Positions 1-10,822 of a stretch of 64,000 nucleotides of DNA are shown here, piece after piece. The DNA is from Synergistota bacterium. GTDB taxonomy: Bacteria > Synergistota > GBS-1. The notes under the pieces are model-generated. The model ran no database searches. It saw only the letters and a list, made by a program, of their open reading frames with translations, and was not told where the DNA came from. The stretch lies in NCBI GenBank assembly GCA_021159885.1, contig JAGHDO010000068.1, positions 16,118-80,117 of the forward strand. Reading direction: 5' to 3'. The position numbers and the translations under genes were made by a program. Numbering within the stretch: position 1 is the first letter of the stretch; every line of letters begins with the position of its first letter.

Positions 1-830
1 TGCGCATTTATAAGAAACTCCCCGTATATCTTCTTCTCGCCTGTTGAGGGATTTCTTGTAAACGCGACACCGGTCCCAGAATCATCTCCCATGTTGCCAA
101 AAACCATGGTTTGAACATTTACCGCGGTTCCCATCTCATCGGAAATGCCATGAATCTTTCTGTAGACCTTGGCTCTCTCGTTATTCCAAGATTCAAAAAC
201 CGCAGCTATAGCCATAAACAGCTGTTCCCACACATCTTGAGGAAAGTCTCTACCTTTCTCTTTCCTTATAAGCACCTTATAATCTTCTATAACAGCTTTC
301 CACGTATCGGCATCGACCTCATTATCGTACTTAAACCCCTTCTTCCTCTTCCATCTATCTATGATCTCCTCAAATCTATCGTGAGGGATTCCCATCACTA
401 CATTTCCAAACATCTGGATAAGCCTGCGATAGCTATCATAGGCGAATCTCTCGTCATTCGTTTGCAAAGCAAGCCCCTTAACCGTTTCATCATTTAAGCC
501 GAGGTTCAGGATGGTATCCATCATCCCAGGCATAGATATAGGAGCACCTGATCTGACCGAGACTAAAAGAGGATTCCGGGAGTCTCCAAATTTTCTTAAG
601 GTCTTTTCTTCCAGTATCTTCATCTTATCTTCTACATCCGCTTTTATTTCATCTATTATCTTTCTTCCTCTCCTCAGATACTCTCTGCAAACAACGGTAG
701 TTATGGTAAAGCCCGGTGGAACAGGCAAGCCTGCTCTCGTCATCTCAGCAAGCCCAGCGCCTTTACCTCCAAGCAGTTCCCTCATTTGAGCACTGCCTTC
801 CTCAAACAGATATATCAGCTTTTCTCTCAT
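1..830 (-). CDS. ppdK: pyruvate, phosphate dikinase, N-terminal fragment (runs off window start)
   Basis: Minus-strand translation from about 830 gives [45 protein letters not shown]...[23 protein letters not shown] with no stop down to position 1. This is the classic PPDK N-terminal ATP-grasp signature. It is absent from the ORF track because it has no in-window stop. The plus-strand ORFs 111..497 and 511..789 are antisense artefacts. Confidence 0.7.
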   Translation of the reverse strand, partial: [276 protein letters not shown]

Positions 831-1635
831 CAAGCAGTCCCCTCCTTTCGAGGTAAGATATTACCTCTTGGGCAGTTTCCTCTATAGCCTTGCTCGTCAC
901 ATCTATTATGGGAACGCCAAGCTGTTTCATAACCTCCTCAGCATACTGTAGCTCTTCCATAACTCTCTCAAGCTTAACATAATTAACCTCGCTTCCAAGC
1001 CCCATAAGTTTAAGCCTTTCTTGCCTGACCTGTACGAGCTTTCCCGGTTCAACCGTTAAGCCTACTATTCTTCCTCTATCCATCTCGAAAAGCCCCTTGG
1101 GAGGGTCAACTTCGGGCACAAGCGGTACATTGGCCGCAAATATACCCCTATATGCGAGATACATAGAAACGGGCGTCTTCGATACCCTTGAGACTCCTAT
1201 TAAAACAACATCTGCCTTCTTCAACCCTGGAAGATATTTACCATCGTCACACTTAACTGCAAATTCTATAGCTCTTATTCTTCTAAAGTAAGCCTCGTCC
1301 ATCCTTCTAAGCAAACCAGGTTTCTCAGTGGGTTTTCTACCTGATGTCCTTTCCAGAGCCGATATTATGGGACCAAGAATATCAACGCTTAACAATCCTT
1401 TCTCATTCGATCTTTTCCTCATATACTCTCTAAGCTTCGAAGATGCAAAGGTATAAATTATTAACGGCGCTCCCTCCTTGACTGCCGTATCAAGAACTTC
1501 ATCAACGTGCTCTTCCTTAACTATGTGAGGGAATCTCTCAATTTCATAGTTAAGGCCATGAAATTGAGAGAGAGCAGCTTTGCAAACGAGATCAGCAGTC
1601 TCACCAGTAGAGTCCGAAACGACAAAAATCCTCAT
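802..1635 (-). CDS. PEP synthetase / PPDK regulatory protein (bifunctional kinase-pyrophosphorylase, DUF299 family)
   Basis: 277 aa with a VSRVSKTPVSMYLA P-loop-like motif typical of PSRP/PDRP. Its 3' end overlaps the ppdK start, the usual pairing. Confidence 0.8.
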   Translation of the reverse strand: MRIFVVSDSTGETADLVCKAALSQFHGLNYEIERFPHIVKEEHVDEVLDTAVKEGAPLIIYTFASSKLREYMRKRSNEKGLLSVDILGPIISALERTSGRKPTEKPGLLRRMDEAYFRRIRAIEFAVKCDDGKYLPGLKKADVVLIGVSRVSKTPVSMYLAYRGIFAANVPLVPEVDPPKGLFEMDRGRIVGLTVEPGKLVQVRQERLKLMGLGSEVNYVKLERVMEELQYAEEVMKQLGVPIIDVTSKAIEETAQEVISYLERRGLLDERKADISV

Positions 1636-1642
1636 GGCTCTA

Positions 1643-3697
1643 TCAACCCGCCAGCAGGGAAATAGTTCCTATTCTCTCAACATGGTCTCTTATCATTTTA
1701 AGAAGCCTAAGTCTATTTAGCTTAAGATCTTCCTCAGGAGCCATAACAAGCACGTTATCAAAGAAAGAGTTTATAGCATCTGTCAGAACGAAAAGCGCTC
1801 TCATAAAGCTCTCATATTCCCCTTTAAGAAAAAGAAGCTCTGTTTCTTCCCTCAAATCAGAGAAAGAACGATATAGCTTCCACTCCGCCTCCTCCTTAAG
1901 AAGCTCTTCCCTGATCTCCCCCTCAATTTCTATTCCCTTAAGTATATTTACAACCCTAACGAATGCAGAAGCAAAGCTCCTAAAGTCCTCATCCCCAAGA
2001 AGCTTCTCTAAAACGGTAGCTCTCCTGAGCAGATCAAGAGGTCTCGACCAGTCGGGAGCCATAACCGCCTCAACAACCTTATGAGAAAATTTTCTCTCAC
2101 GAAGCTGATTTCTCAACCGCGCTTTAAAGAACTCTATTACCTCGCTTCTAACAGAAGCAGGTGCCTTAAGCAGTTCTGTGCTCCTTGAAATAATCTCCTC
2201 AAGAGATAGATTAAGCTCCCTTTCCCATATTATCTCGTTTACGGCACGAGCTTGCCTCCGCAGAGCATACGGATCTTGCGATCCACTCGGAGATAAACCA
2301 GCCATGAAGCAGGAAACTATGTTATCAATCTTATCTGCAATTCCAACTATTATCCCCGTCCATGTCCTTGGGAGCTCGTCACCGGAGAAGCGAGGGAGAT
2401 AGTGTTCGTATATGCCAAGAGCTACCTCCTCGCTCTCGCCGGATCTAAGGGCATATTCTCTTCCCATCACGCCCTGAAGCTCCGGAAACTCACTGACCAT
2501 ATCAGTTACGAGATCCGCCTTAGCAAGATAAGCGGTTCTTGAAACCAGCTCTGATGATATTGGAGAGCCAAGCTTGAGATTTATATCGAGAGAAAGGGCC
2601 CTTATCCTTTCCATCTTCTCATACATGGTTCCAATCTTTTCAAGAAAGATAACACCTTTAAGGAGAGGAACTCTCTCCTCAAGGGTATGTTCAAGATCCT
2701 TCTTAAAGTAGAAGTCAGCATCCTCAAACCTGGCTTCAAGAACTCTCTCATATCCCTCAACTATTTCATCCATGAGAGAAGCTCTATTATTACTTATCGC
2801 GATAAAATAGGGTAGAAGCTTTCCATCACTCTCATATACGGGAAAGTATTTTTGATTTACCTTCATGACCATGACAAGAACTTCGCCTGGGAGCTTCAGA
2901 AACTCTTTTCTAAAACTTCCTTTCACCGGCACGGGATACTCCGTTAAGAAGACATTTTCCTCGAGAAGCTCCTCGTCAAGAAGCTCCCTACCTCCAACCT
3001 CTCTCTGAAACCTTTTGACTCCTTCCTTAATTATCCTTCTCCTGTCAGCAGGATCAAATATAACAAACTGCTTCTTAAGCTCACTGAAAAATTCCTCAAC
3101 GTTCCCAACCTCAATCTCTAAAGCTCCCATGAACCTATGTCCCCTTGTCTTTCTTCCACTCTTCAATCCCTCAAGGTCAAATTCAACCACCTCATCACCA
3201 TAGAGAGCAAGAAGCCAACGTATAGGTCTAAGAAAGCGAATATTTCCCTTCCATCTCATCGATCTCGGAAGGGGAAGAGAAAAAATAAGATCGGGCAAGA
3301 GTTTCTTTAAGACATCAATTGTCGGTCTCCCCCGATGCCTTTTAATCGCAAAAACATACTCTCCTTGCTCCGTTTCCTTAACCACGAGCTCCTCAACGCG
3401 AACGCCCCTGCTTCTTGCAAAACCAATGGCAGCTTGTGTAGGATGCCCCTGCGCATCAAAGGCAACCCTTCTTGGAGGACCCCTGATCTCCTCAACCAGA
3501 TCTTCTTGGATCTCGGAAAGTCCCTTCACGAAAAGTATCAACCTTCTCGGCGTTCCAAAAGTCTTAATTTCTTCAAACCCCAAACGCTCTTTTTTCAACG
3601 AAGATGTTGCGTTTTCCTCAAGAGCCATAAGAAGAACCGGAACACTGCTTGCGGGCAGTTCCTCAGTTCCTATCTCAAAAACCAGATCTCTGCTCAT
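1643..3697 (-). CDS. glyS: glycyl-tRNA synthetase beta subunit
   Basis: 684 aa starting MSRDLVFEIGTEELPA, the canonical GlyS-beta N-terminus. Lies directly downstream of glyQ. Confidence 0.9.
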   Translation of the reverse strand: MSRDLVFEIGTEELPASSVPVLLMALEENATSSLKKERLGFEEIKTFGTPRRLILFVKGLSEIQEDLVEEIRGPPRRVAFDAQGHPTQAAIGFARSRGVRVEELVVKETEQGEYVFAIKRHRGRPTIDVLKKLLPDLIFSLPLPRSMRWKGNIRFLRPIRWLLALYGDEVVEFDLEGLKSGRKTRGHRFMGALEIEVGNVEEFFSELKKQFVIFDPADRRRIIKEGVKRFQREVGGRELLDEELLEENVFLTEYPVPVKGSFRKEFLKLPGEVLVMVMKVNQKYFPVYESDGKLLPYFIAISNNRASLMDEIVEGYERVLEARFEDADFYFKKDLEHTLEERVPLLKGVIFLEKIGTMYEKMERIRALSLDINLKLGSPISSELVSRTAYLAKADLVTDMVSEFPELQGVMGREYALRSGESEEVALGIYEHYLPRFSGDELPRTWTGIIVGIADKIDNIVSCFMAGLSPSGSQDPYALRRQARAVNEIIWERELNLSLEEIISRSTELLKAPASVRSEVIEFFKARLRNQLRERKFSHKVVEAVMAPDWSRPLDLLRRATVLEKLLGDEDFRSFASAFVRVVNILKGIEIEGEIREELLKEEAEWKLYRSFSDLREETELLFLKGEYESFMRALFVLTDAINSFFDNVLVMAPEEDLKLNRLRLLKMIRDHVERIGTISLLAG

Positions 3698-3712
3698 GAA
3701 AGAACGACCTCC

Positions 3713-4585
3713 TTAGAACTTATTAAGCAATGGGAAGCCCATCTCTTCCCTCTGCTTTATGTATGCTAAAGCACACTTCCTCGCCAGATTCCTGACTCTG
3801 GAGATGTAGTGGGTTCTCTCCGCGACGCTTATAGCTCCCCTCGCATCGAGAAGATTAAACGTATGAGAGCACTTTAAAACATAATCATAGGATGGGAGAA
3901 CAAGCCCCTTATCGACGAGCCTGGCTGCTTCCCTTTCATACATTTCAAAGAGCCTCTTGAGCATGTCCACATCGGCTTCATCAAAGTTATATATGGAATA
4001 CTCAACTTCGCCTCTATGGTGAACATCCCCATATGTTATGGATCCCACCCATTTAAGATCAAAAACTGACTTGACTTTCTGAACAAACATCGCTATTCTC
4101 TCGATACCATAGGTAAGCTCAACGGGAATAGGATCCAGATCAATTCCTCCCACTTGTTGAAAATAAGTAAACTGTGTTATCTCCATCCCATCAAGCCATA
4201 CCTCCCATCCCAATCCCCAAGCCCCTATAGTAGGAGCCTCCCAATCATCCTCAACGAATCTTATATCATGTTCCTTAGGATCTATACCAAGTGCTTCAAG
4301 GCTTCTTAAATATAGTTCCTGGATATCATCTGGAGCAGGCTTTAATATGACCTGGTATTGATAATAATGCTGAAGCCTATTCGGATTCTCCCCATATCGT
4401 CCATCGGTGGGACGACGGGACGGCTCTACATACGCTACTCTCCAGGGCTCTGGCCCCAGCGACCTTAAGGTAGTCGCTGGATTCATCGTTCCAGCTCCAA
4501 CCTCTATATCATACGGCTGTTGAATAATACAACCCTGCTCCGCCCAGAACCTCTCAAGCCTGAATATCACTTCTTGAAAATTCAA
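3713..4585 (-). CDS. glyQ: glycyl-tRNA synthetase alpha subunit (TTG start)
   Basis: [17 protein letters not shown]...[12 protein letters not shown] signature. The track start at 4612 is an over-extension. AGGAGGTG, 6 nt, then TTG gives MNFQEVIF..., which matches the GlyQ consensus N-terminus. Confidence 0.9.
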   Translation of the reverse strand: MNFQEVIFRLERFWAEQGCIIQQPYDIEVGAGTMNPATTLRSLGPEPWRVAYVEPSRRPTDGRYGENPNRLQHYYQYQVILKPAPDDIQELYLRSLEALGIDPKEHDIRFVEDDWEAPTIGAWGLGWEVWLDGMEITQFTYFQQVGGIDLDPIPVELTYGIERIAMFVQKVKSVFDLKWVGSITYGDVHHRGEVEYSIYNFDEADVDMLKRLFEMYEREAARLVDKGLVLPSYDYVLKCSHTFNLLDARGAISVAERTHYISRVRNLARKCALAYIKQREEMGFPLLNKF

Positions 4586-5309
4586 GTTCAACACCTCCTG
4601 AAACTTTTTCAAAAACTGCTCTTAGATAATTAAAAACTTCGTTCAAAGCACGAGGACTAAAATTCACCTTCTTAAAGAAGGAAAGAGGTTTTTCCTGAAA
4701 AGCTCTTATCAGAGCTATAGATTCTCCCCCAAGGTTAAAGCTTCCACTCTTTAAAGAGCAACTTTCACAAAGTGGGCCACTTGAAGAATCCTTAAGATAA
4801 GCAGCATCTTTAAGAGCTCTTCCGCAGTTGGAGCATACCTTAAACTCAGGAAGAAAACCCAGAAGATATAGAGCTTTTGCCAACGCTACAATTCTGAGAA
4901 GCTCTGGATCGCCTCCTTTTTCAAGCTCCCTAAAAAAAGAAAATGTTGTATCGAACAACTTGGCCTCGGGAACCCCATAGGGAAGAATCTCATTCAGGAA
5001 AAATAGATAGGAAAGAGCGCTTGAAAGCCTGTTTGATGAGGACCTTATCCCCAAGAAAGAATTAGCAACGCTAAACTCCTTAACATAATACTTACCTGAA
5101 GTGGAAAGGTAGAGCATCAAGGTTCCGTAATTAAGTGGCTCCATAGTTCCTCCAAACCTGTTAGGTATCCTTCTGGCACCAGGAGCTATAGCAAGTAGCT
5201 TACCCATCTCACGCGTGAAAAAGATCACCAGCTTATCGAGCTTCGCCTTCCACCTGATCATAAGAATAGATTCCAGTTTAAAGAAGCGTTTCCTGCTCAC
5301 CCCTCCCAC
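4554..5309 (-). CDS. recO: DNA repair protein RecO
   Basis: [22 protein letters not shown]-terminal OB-fold motif and a C-terminal CxxC...CxxC zinc motif (CSNCGRAL...CESCS). Confidence 0.8.
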   Translation of the reverse strand: MGGVSRKRFFKLESILMIRWKAKLDKLVIFFTREMGKLLAIAPGARRIPNRFGGTMEPLNYGTLMLYLSTSGKYYVKEFSVANSFLGIRSSSNRLSSALSYLFFLNEILPYGVPEAKLFDTTFSFFRELEKGGDPELLRIVALAKALYLLGFLPEFKVCSNCGRALKDAAYLKDSSSGPLCESCSLKSGSFNLGGESIALIRAFQEKPLSFFKKVNFSPRALNEVFNYLRAVFEKVSGGVELEFSRSDIQA

Positions 5310-6679
5310 CCCAGAACGCGTAGGAAAACAAATGCAAGAGAAAAATATATAAGCAAGCCAGTTATATCGTTCATAGTGGTAATAAAAGGACCCGAAGCCA
5401 GCGCAGGGTCCACCCCAAGCTTATCAAATATCAGAGGAATGAGAGCTCCAACACCAGCAGCAACGGCTATAGCAATAATCATAGATATAGCTACGACGAC
5501 ACCGACCATATAATCATGATGAAGGGAAATTCCAACGCCTCCAACGACTAATCCGCTTATGGCTCCCATTATAGCGCCTACTTTTACCTCCCTTAAGAGA
5601 AGCTTCTTGAGCTTCTCAGTATTAACCTCGCCCGTCGCTATGCCCCTTATCACGATGGCAGCAGCCTGAGTGCCAGCATTTCCCCCAAGCGCCATTATCA
5701 TAGGAATGAACCAAGCTAAGGAAACCACCACTTTTATAATAGCATCAAACGATCTTATAACGTTAGCAGATATAGATTCCCCCACGAGGCTCACCATAAG
5801 CCAAGGAAGTCTAAGCTTTACTATTTTCAATGACGATGTTTCAGCTCCTTCGTCAAGGCTACCAACCATTTTATATATATCCTCTGCCGCCTCTTCTTCT
5901 ATAACATCTATGATGTCATCGAATGTCACTATCCCAACGAGTCTCCCCGCTCTATCCACCACCGGAACCGCAAGGAGATCATACTTGGACACCACACGCG
6001 CCACTTCCTCCTGATCCGTGTCAAGATTCACCTTTATAACGTTTGGATTCATTATCTCCGAAAGACGAAGATCTGGCGGAGAAGTCAAAAGATCCCTCAA
6101 TGACAAAACTCCACTGAGCTTTCCATCTTCATCCACAACGTAGATATAATATATGGTCTCAACCTCAGAAGCCTTTTTCCTAAGCTCGTCCATAGCCTCC
6201 CTAACGGTCATATCCCTATGGAAAGCTATAAACTCAGTGGTCATTATTCCACCAGCGCTTTCCTCAGGATAGTAAAGAAGTTCCCTTACTTCCTCTGCAT
6301 CTTCTCTCTCCAGAAGCTTAAAAAGCTCGTCTCCTTTTTCACCAAGATCGGCAAGTATATCCGTAACATCATCATAAGGCATCTCAGAAAGAGCACTCTT
6401 CAGCTTATCCTCGGGTAGAATATCTATAAGCTCCCTTAACAAGTCGAGCCTATCCATCTTATAAAGCTCCGCCATAACAAGAGCAAGCTGTTCCCCTTTA
6501 AGGAGCTCTATTATCTTACGACTTCTCTCCAGCCCAAGCTCCCCTATGAGGGTAGCTATATCTGCTGGATGAAGCGAATAGAGAAATCTGTCAAGCTCCT
6601 CTCTTGACGCTATATCCTCTCTATTCAGAAGATTTTCAGCCTTAGCCCTGATAGCCTGAAAATCCAAGTCTCTTAACAT
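5297..6679 (-). CDS. mgtE: magnesium transporter MgtE
   Basis: 460 aa with an N-terminal MgtE_N domain, tandem CBS region and C-terminal multi-helix TM domain. Confidence 0.9.
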   Translation of the reverse strand: MLRDLDFQAIRAKAENLLNREDIASREELDRFLYSLHPADIATLIGELGLERSRKIIELLKGEQLALVMAELYKMDRLDLLRELIDILPEDKLKSALSEMPYDDVTDILADLGEKGDELFKLLEREDAEEVRELLYYPEESAGGIMTTEFIAFHRDMTVREAMDELRKKASEVETIYYIYVVDEDGKLSGVLSLRDLLTSPPDLRLSEIMNPNVIKVNLDTDQEEVARVVSKYDLLAVPVVDRAGRLVGIVTFDDIIDVIEEEAAEDIYKMVGSLDEGAETSSLKIVKLRLPWLMVSLVGESISANVIRSFDAIIKVVVSLAWFIPMIMALGGNAGTQAAAIVIRGIATGEVNTEKLKKLLLREVKVGAIMGAISGLVVGGVGISLHHDYMVGVVVAISMIIAIAVAAGVGALIPLIFDKLGVDPALASGPFITTMNDITGLLIYFSLAFVFLRVLGWEG

Positions 6680-7553
6680 CTGTTTCCGATCTCCTCCAGT
6701 CTTCCCTAACCTTTACCCACAGCTCAAGGTAAACTTTCTTGCCCAAGATATGCTCTATCTCCTCTCTTGCCATTTTCCCTATCTTCTTAAGCATGCTTCC
6801 TCTTCTACCGATGATTATCTTTCTGTGAGAAATCCTCTCAACATATATGATAGCTTTTATATAAACGAGGTTCTTCCCTTCTCTTTCCTGCATATCCTCA
6901 ATGACAACGGCAGTGGAATACGGTATTTCCTGGTGAAGCTCATAAAAGAGCTTCTCCCTTATAATTTCAGATACTAAGAAGCGTAAGGGCTGATCACTTA
7001 TCATATCGTCTGGATAAAGTAGCTCTCCTTCCGGAAGAACCTCAAATATCTTTTCTAAAAGTACATCGAGATTAGTCCCCTTTACGGCTGATATAGGTAT
7101 GACCTCCCTAAAATATACCTTGTCCTGATAGAGCTCGACCGCTCTCCAAAAGCCCTCTTTATATTCGAGCAAATCTACCTTATTAACGAGCAGGAACTTA
7201 GGCGTATCCACCTTTCTAAGAACAGATATAATTATCTCATCTTCCTGAGATAGCTCTTCGTCAAGCGCCTCAGCGAGATAGAGTATAAGATCGACCTCCT
7301 TCAGAGCATCGACAGCTATCTTAACCATTTCTTCGCCAAGCAAGTGTTTGGGCTTATGAATGCCAGGAGTGTCAACAAATATTATTTGCCCCTCGGGACG
7401 CGTAAGGATACCTCTTATCTGCGTCCTCGTAGTTTGAGGCTTGGGAGAAACGATAGCGACCTTCTTACCTAAAAGCGTATTCATCAATGTAGATTTCCCC
7501 ACGTTAGGCCTGCCAACTAAAGCGACGAACCCAACTCTCTTCCGCCCACTCAT
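6642..7553 (-). CDS. era: GTPase Era
   Basis: GRPNVGKST G1, DTPG G3 and NKVD G4 motifs plus a C-terminal KH domain. Its ATGA junction overlaps cdd. Confidence 0.9.
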   Translation of the reverse strand: MSGRKRVGFVALVGRPNVGKSTLMNTLLGKKVAIVSPKPQTTRTQIRGILTRPEGQIIFVDTPGIHKPKHLLGEEMVKIAVDALKEVDLILYLAEALDEELSQEDEIIISVLRKVDTPKFLLVNKVDLLEYKEGFWRAVELYQDKVYFREVIPISAVKGTNLDVLLEKIFEVLPEGELLYPDDMISDQPLRFLVSEIIREKLFYELHQEIPYSTAVVIEDMQEREGKNLVYIKAIIYVERISHRKIIIGRRGSMLKKIGKMAREEIEHILGKKVYLELWVKVREDWRRSETDVKRLGFSGYQG

Positions 7554-7948
7554 CTTTCCAGCTTAAAAGCGAGAGGAAGCAGCTCCTCAAGCTTTCTCTC
7601 AACGAAATCTCCGCTAACGTTGCCCATCACAACGAGCATATCGCTTGAGAACTCACGCAAAACCTGCCTACACGCCCCACAAGGAGGTACGAACTCCGAA
7701 ACGTCTCCCACCACAGCTATAGCTTTGAAGCTCCTATACCCTTCCGAAACCGCTTTAAAAAGCGCTACTCTCTCCGCGCAGATCGTCAATCCATATGAGG
7801 AGTTTTCGACATTACATCCTGAAAACACCTTACCCTCGCGAGTAAGTATCGCAGCCCCAACCTTAAACCGAGAATAAGGAGCATATGCAAAATCTCTGGC
7901 TCTTATGGCGCACTCAATTAGCTTTTTCCTCTCAATCTCTGTAAGCAA
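7550..7948 (-). CDS. cdd: cytidine deaminase
   Basis: 132 aa with the CAER...PCGACRQ zinc-binding deaminase motifs. Confidence 0.85.
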   Translation of the reverse strand: MLTEIERKKLIECAIRARDFAYAPYSRFKVGAAILTREGKVFSGCNVENSSYGLTICAERVALFKAVSEGYRSFKAIAVVGDVSEFVPPCGACRQVLREFSSDMLVVMGNVSGDFVERKLEELLPLAFKLER

Positions 7949-9032
7949 CGAGCCTCACCCTCTTTTTCTTTTTAACTTCAAGCTTTATATCGAAGAGCTT
8001 CAAGCTCTGCTCTATCAGTTTAAGAGCCGAAGCTAAAACATCCGAATTCCCCACCGCCTTTATTACTACTGGATCAACGGCTATAGGTCTGTGATTAACA
8101 AGTATAACGGGACCTACACATCTAATAGAGGAGTTGACTATCAATCTCTCTCCTCCTATTTGAATTCCGACAGCTCCAGCGGCAAAAAGCTCATTAACTA
8201 TATCCCTGAGATCACTATCATGTATTATATATGACTCTCCCTCTTCCTTTCTCGCATCGTATACCTTAATTATCACTCCTTCTCCCTCAAGGGGAGCAAA
8301 TCCTGCAAGACTCTCGAGAGCCTCGAGACGGGCTTTTAAGCTGAGCGCCTCGGTGCGTAGCTTCCTTAATCTGGTTTCGAGCAGATCCATAGTGAGAACG
8401 CTCACTTTACCATTATCTATCTCTATTCTTATCTCGGAAGATAATCCCTGAAGAATTGGATTTTCTTTGATTGCGGAAATTGTCTTCGATGTGAGAACTC
8501 CCTCGGCATCAAATACAGTTATTTTTCCATCACGTGATCTCTTTATCACGATTTCGGCTCTGTCTCTAAAGTCCCTTACACCGGGATCTAATGATATTAT
8601 CCTCAAGACTTCCTTTTCTTGTCTCCTTCGGCTTTCCTTTACTATAGTTTCATGAAGAAAGCGTCCATAATAAAGTATAGCGCTCATAGTTTCCTGCGCA
8701 GTGGGAGCAGACTCTGTCTCAAATCTGAATTCCGCAAGCGCGTTTCTCACCAAGGGCGCCTTAGAAACACCAAGCTGATTCGCGAGAAGCTCGTAGTATT
8801 CAAGAAGAATAACAGCCATTCCCTTGGCTTTTTTCAGCTCTGCTGCTTCCCCACCAAGCTCATAAAGCCCCAAATTCCTTGCCAAGAAAACCGTATTAAG
8901 AACCACCAGAGCTAATATCAGCCAGAGGAGCAGCCTTTCCCTTCTCGCTGGGCTTCCAAACATGCTCCTCATCACCCCATATTTCTGTAGCGAGAACCCC
9001 ACCAGATATAACGAGTTTAAGCCCCTGCTCAA
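7932..9032 (-). CDS. DUF881-family membrane protein (YlxW/YlxX-like); start uncertain
   Basis: N-terminal TM segment, a coiled-coil stretch and a C-terminal IVNSSIRCVGPVILVNHRPIAVDPVVIKAVGNSD block typical of DUF881. The long overlap with the upstream gene suggests an internal true start. Confidence 0.5.
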   Translation of the reverse strand: MSRGLNSLYLVGFSLQKYGVMRSMFGSPARRERLLLWLILALVVLNTVFLARNLGLYELGGEAAELKKAKGMAVILLEYYELLANQLGVSKAPLVRNALAEFRFETESAPTAQETMSAILYYGRFLHETIVKESRRRQEKEVLRIISLDPGVRDFRDRAEIVIKRSRDGKITVFDAEGVLTSKTISAIKENPILQGLSSEIRIEIDNGKVSVLTMDLLETRLRKLRTEALSLKARLEALESLAGFAPLEGEGVIIKVYDARKEEGESYIIHDSDLRDIVNELFAAGAVGIQIGGERLIVNSSIRCVGPVILVNHRPIAVDPVVIKAVGNSDVLASALKLIEQSLKLFDIKLEVKKKKRVRLVAYRD

Positions 9033-9567
9033 TCGTTATCGGCAGGGGAATTACCTCACTTGGTGGAACGAGAACCATGACTCCCGAAGTTGGATTAGGA
9101 GTCGTGGGAATGAAAACTATAAGAAGCTCTTCCCCTTTAGGAGTTATCCTTCCTCCCCGCTTATTAGTAACAAAACCTATGCAGTACATTCCTCTCCGCG
9201 GATATTCAAGGAGAACGACCTCTCTGAAGGATCTGTCTCCTTTAACGAGAAGAACTTCCATTATCTGTTTTATAGTCATGTAAACTCCCCTTACAAGGGG
9301 GATCTTTGCCAAAAGCCTTTCGTATATTGAAACGAGCTTCTTACCTATGTAATTCGCAGTAAGCATACCGATCAAGATTGTCATAAGTATAAGAAACCCC
9401 AGAAAGAGAAAGCTCAATCCCGGAATTCTATAACCAGTAAGCCTATAGACTATTCCTCCGAGGTTGGCATCGACCCATAAAAATATCTTGTAGAAAACAT
9501 ATATAGTAATTATCGCAGGTATAACAAGAATCAAACCCGTTAGGAAATAGTGTCTAAGCTTTCTCAA
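8896..9567 (-). CDS. DUF502-family membrane protein
   Basis: MRKLRHYFLTGLILVIPAIITIYVFYKIF N-terminus and overall layout match DUF502. Confidence 0.5.
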   Translation of the reverse strand: MRKLRHYFLTGLILVIPAIITIYVFYKIFLWVDANLGGIVYRLTGYRIPGLSFLFLGFLILMTILIGMLTANYIGKKLVSIYERLLAKIPLVRGVYMTIKQIMEVLLVKGDRSFREVVLLEYPRRGMYCIGFVTNKRGGRITPKGEELLIVFIPTTPNPTSGVMVLVPPSEVIPLPITIEQGLKLVISGGVLATEIWGDEEHVWKPSEKGKAAPLADISSGGS

Positions 9568-10822
9568 GACTCTTCTCCTCCCTTGAGACCAGAACCTTTT
9601 TTATCCTGTTCTTTCTCACCTCAAGCACCCTGAGCCGGAGTCCCTCAAACTCAGCCTCCTCCCCGACCCTGGGTATCCGTCCAAACAACGAGTATATAAG
9701 ACCCGCAACGGTATCGTAGTCACGCTCATCGAGATCGATATCCATCTCTACCAGATCTAAGAGGTCTTCCATGTTAAGCTTACCATCAACTATAAACGTG
9801 TTTTCATCCACTTTTTCTATTGTGGGTAGTTCTTTATCATACTCGTCTTCGATTTCCCCTACTATCTCCTCAAGTATATCCTCCATGGTCACAAGTCCCG
9901 CTGTACCGCCATATTCATCTATAACAATAGCTATATGTATCTTCTTCTCCCTAAGTTCCTCGAAAAGCTCCTTAACGAGCTTGGTTTCGGGAACAAAATA
10001 AGGAGGTCTCACGAAGCTTCCTACCTTTTCCTCCCATCTTCCCTCTGCCATTACCGGAATCAAATCTTTGGCGTAAAGCACGCCGATTATATTGTCTACC
10101 GTGGACTCATACACCGGAATACGAGAATGCCCATGCTCCTCAATAACCTTAACGGCATCTTTAACCGTTGAGGAAGCATCCAGGCAAACCATATCAAGCC
10201 TGGGAACCATTATCTCCCTAACGATCTTATCCTCGAGCTCTATCACTCCCTTTATTATCTTCTTTTCCGATTCCTCAAGCTCCACCTCCCCACCTTTCTG
10301 AGAAATCAGCATCTCGAGCTCCTCGCGCGTGAGAAGCGGATAAAGGAAGCTCTTCTCATCATTCCTCGCAAGCAAGTTGGCAAGCTTAGAAAGGGTTACG
10401 GCGAATGGGTAAGCCACTATAGAAAGCACATACATAAGGTAAATGATTTTCTTTGCGAGTCCCTCAGCGTATCTTAAAGCCAATCCCTTTGGCGTTATTT
10501 CCCCAAAAACGAGTATGAGAAAAGTCATAATGCCAATTGCTATACTTACCCCAGAGCTCGGGAAAAGCCTTAACGAAAGGGAAGTGGCTAAAGCCGAAGC
10601 AGCTATGTTAGCGAGATTATTTCCTATAAGAATCGTGACAAGAAACCTCTGCGGATCCTCCAAAAGAAGCTTCCACGCCTTAGCTTTGGAAGGGTCCTTT
10701 TCGATCAAACTTAATATCTTTACTCTGCCTAAGGAGATCAAAGCGGTCTCCGAGGCTGAAAAAAGAGCAGATAATAAAAGAAAAAGGGCTAAGAAAAAAA
10801 CCTCTGTACTAGGGAAATCCAT
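9554..10822 (-). CDS. HlyC/CorC-family transporter (DUF21-CBS pair-CorC_HlyC)
   Basis: 422 aa with N-terminal DUF21 TM helices, tandem CBS domains and a C-terminal transporter-associated domain. Confidence 0.8.
   Translation of the reverse strand: MDFPSTEVFFLALFLLLSALFSASETALISLGRVKILSLIEKDPSKAKAWKLLLEDPQRFLVTILIGNNLANIAASALATSLSLRLFPSSGVSIAIGIMTFLILVFGEITPKGLALRYAEGLAKKIIYLMYVLSIVAYPFAVTLSKLANLLARNDEKSFLYPLLTREELEMLISQKGGEVELEESEKKIIKGVIELEDKIVREIMVPRLDMVCLDASSTVKDAVKVIEEHGHSRIPVYESTVDNIIGVLYAKDLIPVMAEGRWEEKVGSFVRPPYFVPETKLVKELFEELREKKIHIAIVIDEYGGTAGLVTMEDILEEIVGEIEDEYDKELPTIEKVDENTFIVDGKLNMEDLLDLVEMDIDLDERDYDTVAGLIYSLFGRIPRVGEEAEFEGLRLRVLEVRKNRIKKVLVSREEKSLEKA

Noticed and set aside
111-789. 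Two plus-strand ORFs (128 aa and 92 aa) at the window start.
   Set aside because: They are antisense to a clean PPDK N-terminal reading frame on the minus strand, and their translations are low-complexity nonsense.
3698-3712. T-box or other riboswitch leader in front of glyQS, and an M-box in front of mgtE.
   Set aside because: Both genes overlap or abut the preceding gene (recO, era), leaving no room for a structured leader.
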